Source: Sporopachydermia quercuum
Lineage: Eukaryota
Length of the DNA: 64,000 bases
NCBI GenBank assembly: GCA_001599295.1
Contig: BCGN01000009.1
Coordinates: 310,001-374,000 of the forward strand
Direction of reading: 5' to 3'
Positions 39,818 to 51,778 of the stretch are shown here, piece after piece (the stretch's first letter is position 1; every line of letters begins with the position of its first letter). The translations under genes and the position numbers were made by a program. Under the pieces are notes generated by a model. That model saw only the letters and a program-made list of their open reading frames with translations, made no database searches and was not told the DNA's origin.

Positions 39818-40990
39818 AAATGAGAGCACGAACTGAAAGGACCTTAAACTCTGATGATGCAACTGGACTTCTTCTTATGATAAGTTATGAATGTCATGTT
39901 ACCATTAAGCGATAAATAGTAAATATAGAGAAACTGTTGGTATTAGCAATCATATGATGATCATGAAGTACCTTAGGATCAATAAAATGGTAGGCAACAA
40001 TAGGAAGGGAAAAACGAAAAAAATTGAAATAGAACTGAAAGATAATATATAAAAGGGTTTGGAAGTTATAGGAATTTTCATAATGGTTTTTGTAAGGAGT
40101 TTTGATAGAGAGTATTTTGTAGGGAGCTGATAATTGTATTATACTTTTATCGATACAACAATTAATAGTAGTAATAACAATAACAATATTTAATACATAC
40201 ATCCCATATATTATAAATTGAATCAACCATTGAGAACTATCGTAGTATGTAGGTATAAACAGGTAGAAGTAATACCCAACACGCAGAAATCAATAAAACG
40301 AGATGCATATGAAGAAATGTCAACTGCCAACCATTGTTTACTTGCTTGAAGCCATTNATGATGTCAGGTATGAGAAAATATATCTTGTACTTGAGAATCA
40401 ATTGAAAATAGTTGATTGATGTAATGGAACATTTGGTAAGAATATTACTAGTTCTATTATTTCTAACATCTTTATCAATAACACTAAAAATTCACCAGTG
40501 TTGACTCTCAGACAAGTACAATCAAAATGCTTTCAATTACTAGCTTAACAGTTCATTATGTTATACTCATTTCTATCCATATAATGAAGGAATAAATGGT
40601 ATATGTTGATTTACTCTTGTAGATAATTAACCCGGTAATACGATCAAACGGAGAAAGAAATATCAACTTACGAATTAAGATAGAATCATGTTTTCATCAA
40701 GTTTTATATCAGTAATGCCTTATCAATATTTAATAATACCATTATTCATACACTCGCTCTAATCACTTCTCATATTCATTCCACATTCATAATGCTATTC
40801 CTATTCCTATTACTACGACTCTTTTTTTCTGGTCTATTCCTATCAATTTGTTACCACTGCGAATACATTAACCCAGATATTTACCACATACCAACATATT
40901 ATTCCGCATATACATATCTGAATATAAACAAAGAAAACAGCCATATTCTAAATCATTTTCATCAGCATCCCATATAAACCGTTGGATTAA

Positions 40991-42500
40991 TCAAAATCCT
41001 TCTTGAAGCCTAGAATAAATCTTATCAATTGAAAACAATGCATAACTAACAGACGGAGCAATAAAAGGACATGTCATATATGAATAAAGCAACATTCTAG
41101 AAACATTGGCTACTTCGTCAAAAGATGCGCCAGCAAGTTCAGCAATTGCTGCTAACGTAATAGCTGGTGGGCCGATTGGCGTGACCATTAAGACAAAATC
41201 CAATAACTTGTTCACAGTCCAAAGATGCGGAATATATGTTCTAACCAAAGTAACAAGACCAATTGAAACGCAAGAAACAAGGAAGAATCTAATTACAAAT
41301 AAGGTAAAGATCTCTCTGAATCTCACTGGCTCTTTGGGCTTGGTATTCAGCTTCACACCTAAAGCAAACAACTGTAACGAAGGGTAAAGATCACCTAGAT
41401 TCTGCATTGCTTGAGTGAAAGTTGTTGTTATTACTGGTGATTTATATATCAGGTAATGAAGAGGAGGAATAACACCAAGAACCACAGCAACCAACGCTGA
41501 GACGACTGCTACATTCAAATACTTTTCAATCTTGTGCCAATTATGAATAGCTTTTCTTTTGATAGCATGTCGAATATTTCTTTGAAGGTTGACAGAACCG
41601 GAAAGTAAGCCATGATTTTCAGTTGCTGATGAAGGATCATGAGTACTCCAAGCTTGGCGGAAACCAGGAGGTAGGGCAAATGATGATACTCTTCTTCTAT
41701 CTGTGTCTTCATGACTGTTCAATAACTGAGGACCAAGAGCAAATCTAACGATGTTGTGAACAACTGAATGAATCAGAATGTATGCATTTCCTCTTACTAA
41801 AGCTTGTGACGGTGTTTCCCCTGGCTCTAGTAAACCCTTCAATGCTCCAGACTTATTTAAAGCATATAACATTAACAAGGGAAGAGATGTAACATTATTG
41901 AACATAATACCAGGAATTATATAACCAGGATATTTAAACCATCTCACCAGAGCAACTCCAAGGTAATATGTAAGGAAAAGGATTATAATTGGCAAAGCAA
42001 TAATAGGCCAAAATGATGTGATGGCATCCCAGGTCAATGGTGGTCCCATCTGCGTTATAATCAAGCATGGCAAAAATATATGCACACATATATAGGAAAC
42101 GCTCTATGAGAGAGAGAGAGAGATTATNTTAGTATTGACTTAACAAGCAGCAAGGATGAGCATACTGGTAGAGTAGTGAATCTGGTTGTATCACAGGAAA
42201 GCCAACGCCCACTAGAATATAAATATGGCACTTACTTGTTCACCACTTAATGATAGTAACCCATATAATCCAGAAAGATAACCTGCAAATAGCACCAGAA
42301 TAACCGATATTGAAGCCTATGAAATATAGTTAGTAAAAGTAAACATAGTATTCTGATAACTGATGGTATATCATTAGTCAAGCAATAACATAGTAAGAGC
42401 AATTGCTATTACCATTCACTAACGATATAAATAGAAACAAATAACATACTTCTAGTGAAGCAACCACTGTTGATATTACTGTTGATAAATCAGCCCCCAT
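40991..42500 (-). CDS. Auxin-efflux-carrier (PIN/PILS-like) membrane transporter; exons 42500-42450, 42316-42236, 42103-40991
   Basis: Spliced N-terminus MGADLSTVISTVVASLE|ASISVILVLFAGYL...GEQ|SVSYICVHIFLPCLI, with FNNVTSLPLL and GPPAITL crossover motifs. Introns 42317-42449 (GTATGT) and 42104-42235 (GTAAGT, with a (CT)n pyrimidine tract) are both phase 0. Confidence 0.85.
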
Positions 42501-43117
42501 TACTTATATATATATATTTAGAATGCTACGGATCTATTAATCTATGAATTCAATTGACCAAGCCAATCGAACCAAAACACTAATAGAACTACTTTATTAT
42601 CGTGTTGTCTCCATAACAATTGATGGAGCACTGGTATACTATTATCAGTTCCTCTCAAACAACAATCTCTGTAGTTTCTACCACTATCATAAAAACAGGC
42701 AACAATTTATTCCTCTATCAACAAAGAACCTATATGCTGTCGGTTAAACACTGAAATCGACTCATATAATAGATGCACCTTCTCCTTATGAATCAAGCAG
42801 ACATGCCCCAGATTAAGTTGAATCAGAGTTGATGCATCTTGCGCCATCATGAGTTACATGTAAGTGATCATGCATTACTACGCATAAACGAGAAGGACTA
42901 TAGAAAGTTTAAAATGAAGGGAAATCGACAAGTAGTAAGATAATTGAGTATAATAAGGAAGGTAATCCATAAAAGAAAAACAATTGGTTCATTGAGTTGT
43001 TTTAAGAAGTAATTCTGATTGGGAAGGTAAGATTGAAGTGTTGGATTGCTCTATTAATGAATGCTATTTTCCTTTTCGAAAAGTCAGAAAAGAATTGATT
43101 GATAATAATATAAGTAA

Positions 43118-43146
43118 TATCACGTGGTTTGACGTCTCACGTGATA
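43118..43146. promoter_or_regulatory. Twin CACGTG E-boxes flanking a TGACGTC (CRE-like) site
   Basis: tatCACGTGgttTGACGTCtCACGTGata, about 620 bp upstream of the PIN-like gene. Confidence 0.45.
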
Positions 43147-43798
43147 ACCCATCATGGTGATAAGAAAGTGGTGCTTGAACATAATTTTAGACGATTTGAT
43201 AACCCTTCTCCTAACTAAGTCATTTCAACAGCTATTGAGTACTCCAGGTAGCTGGAATGACAGTGAGATGAATTTACTTTCAGACTGTAGAAGTTAATTT
43301 TCACCTCTTTAGCAACTTTTCTGAACTCAATGACAAAAGTCCCAATCAATCTCACGTTACTTTTATTTGGACAAGTGGCATAGAATTATGAGACTTATAA
43401 TAATCTAACGGAGAAACTACTATTAAACTACAAGAATTGAACAGTAATCGTATTATAAATGACATGAAATGCTAATATTTAAGCTATTATTGAGAGGAGA
43501 TTCAAGAGATTGTATATGAGAGTCACAAATGACGAATAATAGAATGATATATAATTAGAGGAGATAAAAGTGATAGTAAAAGTTGAGAATAATCTATATA
43601 ATACAGAGACAAAAAAGTTATAAAAATATTAGAAGAGCAGATTTGAAATTAAGCCGATAAATTTAACCCCGATACCCAAAAACATTTGATGATAACTAGC
43701 AAGATTGTTATATTAAGTAAAAAATGTGTCAATCAATAACACACTCTCGCAAAGTTATCCAATACGATACTAGCTAGTCTTGATAGATGCAAAAAAAT

Positions 43799-45190
43799 CT
43801 AATTGACCTCAATATACTGTGCATTAGCCTTCGCCTTATTGATAGCTTCCGTAGCTGTTGAACCAGTCAAACCATGTTTAACCCTAATGTGTCGAGATAA
43901 GGCATCCCCCCGAGAGAATGTTTTTCTGGTCTTAACACCTCTTTTCAATCCTTCGTTTTGACACAACTCGCATATGAATATCTTCTTCTTGGAAGCATGG
44001 ATAGTTTCCTTATGTCGGATTAGATCATAAGGACGAGAAAAGTGTTTCAAACAAGGCTTACCAGTTGAAGGATTGATTAAATCACAAGTATGCGAACCGG
44101 CAGAAATTGGTATTTTCTTTGTTGAAGTTTTTGAATTATCGCTCTGACTTGAATTATCAGAACGTGCTATGCCACCTGTTTGAACTTCCTCCTTTTCTTC
44201 CATAGCGGTACCAGCATTTCCACTTGATTTACAGTCTAATCCACCTTCGAGGGACAACGGCGCTACTTGTAAACTGTCGAACAGGTTGTTGTCATCAAGA
44301 TTGAATCTATTCTCATGAGGCAAGAAAAAGCTGTTTTCATTATTCACTAAAGCGTCATCAAATCCGTTATCCATTCCAAATGGACTATCAAAGTAGTTAT
44401 CCACATCTGAAGCATCGTCATCGAAATCATCGAACACTTCTGGTCGTTCCATGGGTTGAGGCTGTTCTTCGCTATTAGGGAAAACAAGCATTTGGTTGCT
44501 ATCACTAAAAACATTTGGAAAAGGTTCACTACCATCCAATATTATATCATCAGTGAACATCAGATGAGCATCTTTTGGACTGAACGTTGTAGCATCAGGA
44601 AAACCAAAAGTGGTTCCTGGTAATTGAAACTCAAATCCAGTGTTGTTCATTTGAGGTGGTTGGTCATTGTTCGCCGGTGAAGTGAACAGACTTCTCTGTT
44701 GTTCCACATCAGCTGCAAAGAATGCTGATGAGTCCCGAAATGGTGATGTGAATACTGGTTCTTCAGGAGTTTGTAACGGTTTGTTTGAGCTCATGGTCAT
44801 ATCAATGTCCATTGGTGGTGGAAATAGTGAATCGTCATTTAATAATGAAAAGTGTTGATCCATCATATCACCAGAAATTATATTATGCTTAAAACTATCT
44901 TGACTTTTCATACCTGGTCTCATGACAGGTCTACTTAATGCAGCATTACACATCACTGGTGTGGAGTTTTGGCTAACATTCCAGTCAGTACTATCTGCAT
45001 GAGAGAACAGAGAGTCCTCCAATACATCAGTGTATGTTCTCCTCAGAGTGGGAAAACTTGGAAGGGTAGAAGTATCAACTGATTCATCGTTAGTATGTTT
45101 AGTATTATCTTTTAAAATTAATAAACCCTTGGAACTGACATCAGAGGTTTTAGGAGGAAGCACCAACTTACTAGTTGCTGAGGTAGCCAT
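43799..45190 (-). CDS. RPN4: Proteasome-gene transcription factor Rpn4 (C2H2)
   Basis: N-terminal LRRTYTDVLEDSLF (cf. LKRTLTDILEDELY), an acidic middle region, and C-terminal CDLINPSTGKPCLKHFSRPYDLIRH..TIH and KTFSRGDALSRHIRVKH fingers. The first ATG is at 45190. Confidence 0.93.
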   Translation of the reverse strand: MATSATSKLVLPPKTSDVSSKGLLILKDNTKHTNDESVDTSTLPSFPTLRRTYTDVLEDSLFSHADSTDWNVSQNSTPVMCNAALSRPVMRPGMKSQDSFKHNIISGDMMDQHFSLLNDDSLFPPPMDIDMTMSSNKPLQTPEEPVFTSPFRDSSAFFAADVEQQRSLFTSPANNDQPPQMNNTGFEFQLPGTTFGFPDATTFSPKDAHLMFTDDIILDGSEPFPNVFSDSNQMLVFPNSEEQPQPMERPEVFDDFDDDASDVDNYFDSPFGMDNGFDDALVNNENSFFLPHENRFNLDDNNLFDSLQVAPLSLEGGLDCKSSGNAGTAMEEKEEVQTGGIARSDNSSQSDNSKTSTKKIPISAGSHTCDLINPSTGKPCLKHFSRPYDLIRHKETIHASKKKIFICELCQNEGLKRGVKTRKTFSRGDALSRHIRVKHGLTGSTATEAINKAKANAQYIEVN

Positions 45191-45729
45191 TGTATTTGAG
45201 TCAAAAGACCAATTTGTGATTCTTTGTTGGTCAGAATGTGACAACTTATTGTCTGATTGCTCCTTCACCTTGTCAAACAGTTTATAAAGTAGCGAACTGT
45301 TGATTATCCTTCTTCCTTTATTGAATGCAACGAAAGACCTATTTCTTTCTCCTGTTTATTTTTTTCTCCAAAGACTTCGATTAATTAACAATTCCTTCAA
45401 AATTCTTCGAATATTTCTTTTATTTTTTCTTATTTGGTTTACTTGATTCTTCCTGTCTGATCTTTCTGCAATTCAATTAATGAAACTAGCAGATTCCAGA
45501 TCTTTTGAATTATCCAAAAACACCAAAACGATCAATGCTATTCTTCTTGAAAGCGCTATAATATTGATTTTCTTTCTCAATAATCAATGAAAAGAGAATT
45601 CCAGCAATTAAATCAAACTATTTCAATAATCTACCTTTCGTTCAATATACAACACACAAATCTCGATATTCTTTAATCAGACAAACAGAACAAAATCAAT
45701 AGAAGGATTCTTCGTTACTTATAAATCAT

Positions 45730-45786
45730 GGTGGCAAATATCTCCTTTCTCCTACTTTTGGGTTTTGTTGGCATATTTATTACTAA
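45730..45786. promoter_or_regulatory. PACE element (GGTGGCAAA, 45730-45738) and Yap1-type TTACTAA (45780-45786) in the RPN4 upstream region
   Basis: Exact consensus matches 540-600 bp upstream of the RPN4 ATG. Confidence 0.6.
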
Positions 45787-47438
45787 TGGTAATAACGTAA
45801 TGCCAATATAAAGTTTACGTTTAGGGCTTTAATCTTAAAACCTTATTTCTTTATGCAGATATAGTAATGATTTAATGTAATGACCAAATTTCCGGCATTT
45901 AGATTGAATTAAATGTACTATATGCTATATTTAACGAGTTCAATGTGTCAAAGATGTGATAAGGAGATGAGAATGAAGTAGAAATGAATGAAGGACAAGT
46001 AATGCTTGAAGTTGGGAGTTGTTCTTGGGAAAATATAATGCTTGCTTTGTATAGTAAGAGATTTATAGTATAGGTTGTATCGGTTATAAAAAAGATGATA
46101 AGTCTGTGTGGGGCTATGTAGAGAAAGAGAAGACGTTATACTTATTTTGTTTCTCAGAACACTAGACACAACAAAGACGACAGGAAAATGAGATGATAAT
46201 ATTAGCAATTTTGTTTCAACCACGTTTGTTTTCTGAGAAGTATATTATTTTACTAAACTAAACGTGATAAGATTTCGAGTCTGGATTCGCACTCAATATC
46301 AATTCAATCCATGTGTTATTTCCTTTCATTTTGCAATATGAATATGTGCTTTATATATATGTAAAGTAGCTCTTACTGGTGAACTAAGATAGGAGTCCAT
46401 TAGAATGATTGACCCTCAAACTCAATTTAGTTGTAGATCAAGTTTCCTACATCTAATTAGATAGATTTCTGTTGAATATAAATGAGTGACTGGAGGTACT
46501 CTGAGAAATACTAGAATTATGAGGTAACGAGTAAATAAATAGTCGTATCAAACAATGGGTTCAGTTAATATCCATTCTTTTCCATTCTTCTCAACTTGAA
46601 GGCTATACTCAGCAGTATGGTAGTAAAAGACTCCTCTCATGTGTCAACTTAATATGCCATCCTTGCGGGCACTTAGAATCAGAATGCGATGAGTCATAAA
46701 GTTCAAGATGAAACCTTATGAAAAACTGAAGACAGCAAATTGAAAGTTCTAGTATGTTCTACGATATTCTTTCTATATCCGGAAAAAGTGGAAACAATTT
46801 CTATCAGAAGAGTGGTTTTATCTCCGCAATTAGCGAGACCTTCCGCTTTTAACTTTGCTTTATGATGATCATTTATTTATAAAGCAGCGTTCTTAATATT
46901 AATACCTTATTGACCGATGTCGGGACCGGACATAAAAGTGTTTTGAAGACGCTAAAATAAATTATTATAGAGCAAGTCATGTCTATGAATGACCTTGAGT
47001 TAGGTTGGATTGATTGTTTGCAATCCCGTGGATGTTTCCACTTAGTTTTGTTAATTGTTGTTAATCGTTCAGGAGGAGACGCGATTAATTCTTATATGCG
47101 ATGACATGCAATAGTAAGTACGATACTGCAAAATGTTACTCAAATGCATAAACTCGCATTTTCTCTGCTAGTTATATGCATAAGAGCTATGAATTCTGCT
47201 AACAAAGATTTATAACTGTGTTTTAAATATTGAGCTAAGCAGGTGTCATTATACTGTAGAATCGTACCTACATAATGCCACAATATAATTTGGTGGGTTA
47301 CTATTGCTAATGGGCAGCCACAAGTCCTACAATTCTTACAACATTCATTTTAATAAATCATAAACCCACCATTATCTCAACTATGAAACCAGGTAATATA
47401 ATAAAAATACAAATTGAAATTGCAACAGCGAGCAGAGT

Positions 47439-47813
<375 letters not shown>

Positions 47814-48824
47814 TGTGAATAATAATTGATATAGATAATTGCTTAGTTATTCAGTAGATATCTACTAGTAAATAAATAGACCAGAGAAATAATAGAATAT
47901 CAATTGACTTGAAAAATTCTGCTTCCTGAGTGGGAAATCGACATAATATATATACAATTCTTTTTCCTCCCTTGTTGATAAACTTGATTCCAAAACAAAC
48001 AACATAGAATCAACAGTCAAACTTTCTTCGTTATTAATCTGTCATCACCTGTACTATAAAACCGCTGTTATGAGCTAAATTCCATACTAAATTCCACCCC
48101 TTGTACTAGGATTATCACTATACGAGTAATCAACATTCCGTCTCGCCTTGGTTTCCACAGTATTGAACCGCATACCTTGACAGAATACAGGACGTGACAT
48201 GGATAACTTGGGGATATTTTCATTAGAGTAATTATCGGTCTTAACAAATGTTTAGGATGATATATACTCAAAGGCTAAGTAAATAAGATCATTAACATTC
48301 TCAGATTTACTATGATGTAAGTAATTTTCAGACTAGAATGAGGTCTTATCAGATAACGAAATTTTCCTTTTTGGGGTTGAAATGAATCTCATCACCAAGA
48401 CCATTTGGGCATTTGCGTTTGAGGCAATAATATTCACTAGCTGAGTAACTTTGAGCATACAACTGACATTGCTTTACTTTGGAGATCTACCGATGAGACA
48501 ACAATTATTGGAATTTACTATTGATATCTTTTGAAAGCTAAAGAGACTTACTTAATTTTTCTCAGGTTGTTCTGATAACAAAAGCTTTTTGTTATTTTTA
48601 TTGTTTTGATATTCCGAAAGGGGAACATTTGACATTTTTACTCAAAACACACATGGAATGTATCAAGAGACGGGCTTTTTAAAGGATAAGTCAACATCGT
48701 ATATAAACTGATCAATTCCCGAAACAAGAATTTTCAAGGAAATATTTTGTTTTCTAACTAACTATTATTTTATTTTCTCTTTTTATTTTAAGTTAGNTAA
48801 CATCAAACGAAACAGTTAACTTAG

Positions 48825-49247
<423 letters not shown>

Positions 49248-49509
49248 ACGTTCGTGTATTTTTATTGTATAATCCTTATGTCTGGGTTTAATTGTATTGG
49301 TGGAATATTATGTTACGAATTGTAAATGTAGCAATTAGTGTAGATATTGACAGTAAATGCTCTTTTGATTTCACTTCCGGTAGGTGAAAAGGAGCGTTCN
49401 ATACTTTCAGTTTTAGGTAAAATGCTATTTGTCTGTATTATACGGTTTTAAATCTTATAATCCACCTTTTAGAAATATATTAAAAACTATTCTGATTAAC
49501 TGCACACCT

Positions 49510-50757
49510 TTAGAAAGGATATTTTGTATCACCCTGCTCAACGAGTCCCTTCTTCTCTTGCTCCTCCGATTTAAGCTTAAGATATGGAAGAAGTGCATCC
49601 TTATATTTCTCATAACCTTTATAATTCTGTACATCAGTGTCCCAGTCACTGATACCGTTCAACAGTCTTCTAGGAACATATGGTTCGTTACCAAGTTCAA
49701 CTACCGGTAGGAAATATGTTCGAATGGTAAAAAGAACAGCGCCGGATATAGGTAACCTTCGAAGACTTTGTCTTTCTGATCTGAAGTATACATCTTTGAC
49801 ATCCTTTGCTTCATCAGCGGTATACCAACCGATGTGCTCATTATCTTCATCGCCAATAGAATGGGACCAGCCTATGTCGTTATCATTTTGAAAAAAATAG
49901 TTATTTCTAGAAACCAATGTTTCTGGTCTTAATCTAGTAAAGAACTTCTCCATACCTGTCTTGAGTTTCTCCTTGTATTTTGGAACATCGCCAGATGTAT
50001 GGATTTGACTCAAGGGCATTCCAACTTTATCGGAGAGCTTCCAGAACCCTGGTAATAACACTGCACCAGCCAAAAGATAAACTTGTCCATCCTCCTTCTC
50101 TATCATTAATGCAAGATCATCCTGAGTGAGTTTAGCAGCCATGACCATAGGGTCTTCTTTCAAAGGTCTTTCCATATAGTTAAACGATTCACCAGTATAC
50201 AAGTTATCTATACCAACACTTGTCTTTTTGAATAAACTTGGGTATCTTGCCGGTAAATATTCTCTGAACTCCATTAACAACTCAATAGCAGCATCAAATG
50301 CTTCGGGAGATGTTCTATATACTTCTTCTCCCCTTTCTGCAAGTCTTTCCAGTTTTCTCTTGTGGAATTTAGGCCATTCATTATCTAGTTCAATCCAATC
50401 ATTCCAGTCGATATTACGAATACCCATAGTGATCTTATAGTTATGTTTGAATGGTCTATATGGTAATGGTTTAGTTGTTTCAATGGACCAGTTAGGATAA
50501 GGAACAGGTTTTGGTGTAACGAAATCTTCTGGAGTCCAATGACCTGGTTTCCTGTTCTTATTGTTGGCTAACTTAGCGGGAAGAGGTTTTGCTCTTTTAG
50601 CTTGGGAGCTTGTTGCTTTTGTTGTCAATATAGTAGCTAATAAAGCAACTGCGCTAAGAATTATCACAGCGAGTATAACAAATGGAAGTTTATCATTGTG
50701 CTGTTGAAGATAAGGAACTTGTCGAAACTGATCGACAAATTTTGTAACTAAACCCAT
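49510..50757 (-). CDS. DUF3445 / heme-dependent oxidative N-demethylase alpha-subunit-like protein with N-terminal membrane anchor
   Basis: PLPYRPF, TMGIR...WIELD, QDDLALM, PGFW..DK.GM.L..IH...VP, RNNYFFQ and RSERQSLRRLP.SGAVLFTIRTY. The first ATG is at 50757. Confidence 0.82.
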   Translation of the reverse strand: MGLVTKFVDQFRQVPYLQQHNDKLPFVILAVIILSAVALLATILTTKATSSQAKRAKPLPAKLANNKNRKPGHWTPEDFVTPKPVPYPNWSIETTKPLPYRPFKHNYKITMGIRNIDWNDWIELDNEWPKFHKRKLERLAERGEEVYRTSPEAFDAAIELLMEFREYLPARYPSLFKKTSVGIDNLYTGESFNYMERPLKEDPMVMAAKLTQDDLALMIEKEDGQVYLLAGAVLLPGFWKLSDKVGMPLSQIHTSGDVPKYKEKLKTGMEKFFTRLRPETLVSRNNYFFQNDNDIGWSHSIGDEDNEHIGWYTADEAKDVKDVYFRSERQSLRRLPISGAVLFTIRTYFLPVVELGNEPYVPRRLLNGISDWDTDVQNYKGYEKYKDALLPYLKLKSEEQEKKGLVEQGDTKYPF

Positions 50758-51778
50758 ACTGAACAATTATGCTATTGATTATAAGTATTGATAACAACAA
50801 CAACAATAGATAATATTTACTTCAGTCTTCTTCTTACTGTTCTTAAGCAAATTAGAATCTTGATCGTAATAAGAAAATCAGTATGTTGGTAAAACCATAC
50901 AATATGTAAACTTAGGCTTATGGGGAGGAGAGATCCAAGAATATATATACAAAGTAGCCAATTCTGGCATAAGCAGTAGTTCCAACTGTTAAATTTCTAG
51001 AAGAAGTATTTTAGCGAGAAACAGGATGATTAACTGTATCAGATCAAGCACGAACTAACTAACTACCTTATCTTCCACATGAACTGATCTTCTCCAATAT
51101 AATTACCCTTTTTAACCAATAGGTCATCCTTAATAAACTAACTCTGGCGGTTTGTTAACATCATTTAGTTCGAAAGGTCAAGATATAAACAATTCTACCC
51201 ATTTCTTAAGTTTATCTGTTTATTCCATCGATGTATTTGTTTAATTTGCTTTATCTTGAGTTAGACCAAAAAAATTCGCGTCGGCTAAGTAGATTATGTG
51301 TACAATCAGGAAATCTTTACCTCAATAAGGCAATAAATTGATTATCAATGAACTCTGAAAAGAAAANATTTTAACTTTAGATGCATAAAGCATAATTATG
51401 TATAAAATGCAATCTGATGCAATATATGCATAACCAGATGATTACAAAAGAAATTGCTCCTCTAGGAAGTGCAATGCGAACTCAATGGAGGCTGTATATT
51501 CAATTATATGAGTATGATAGAATGAGATGGATCGTGGATGGTATGCTATGCTCAATTAAATGAGTGCTTCAATGCAAGTAGTAATGAAAGTTTTCAAGAT
51601 GAAAGTTGTTGTTTTCTGCATAGCATAATCAGATGGTAAGATGTAGGATTTGAATTTTTGATGACCGTTGAACAAGAAATAAAGATCTTACTGGATAGAA
51701 GTACATTATAATTTTTCTATGGATTAGTTAAACACAATAGTGGTTAAACGAAATGTATGATTATAGGCTGTTGTACTA

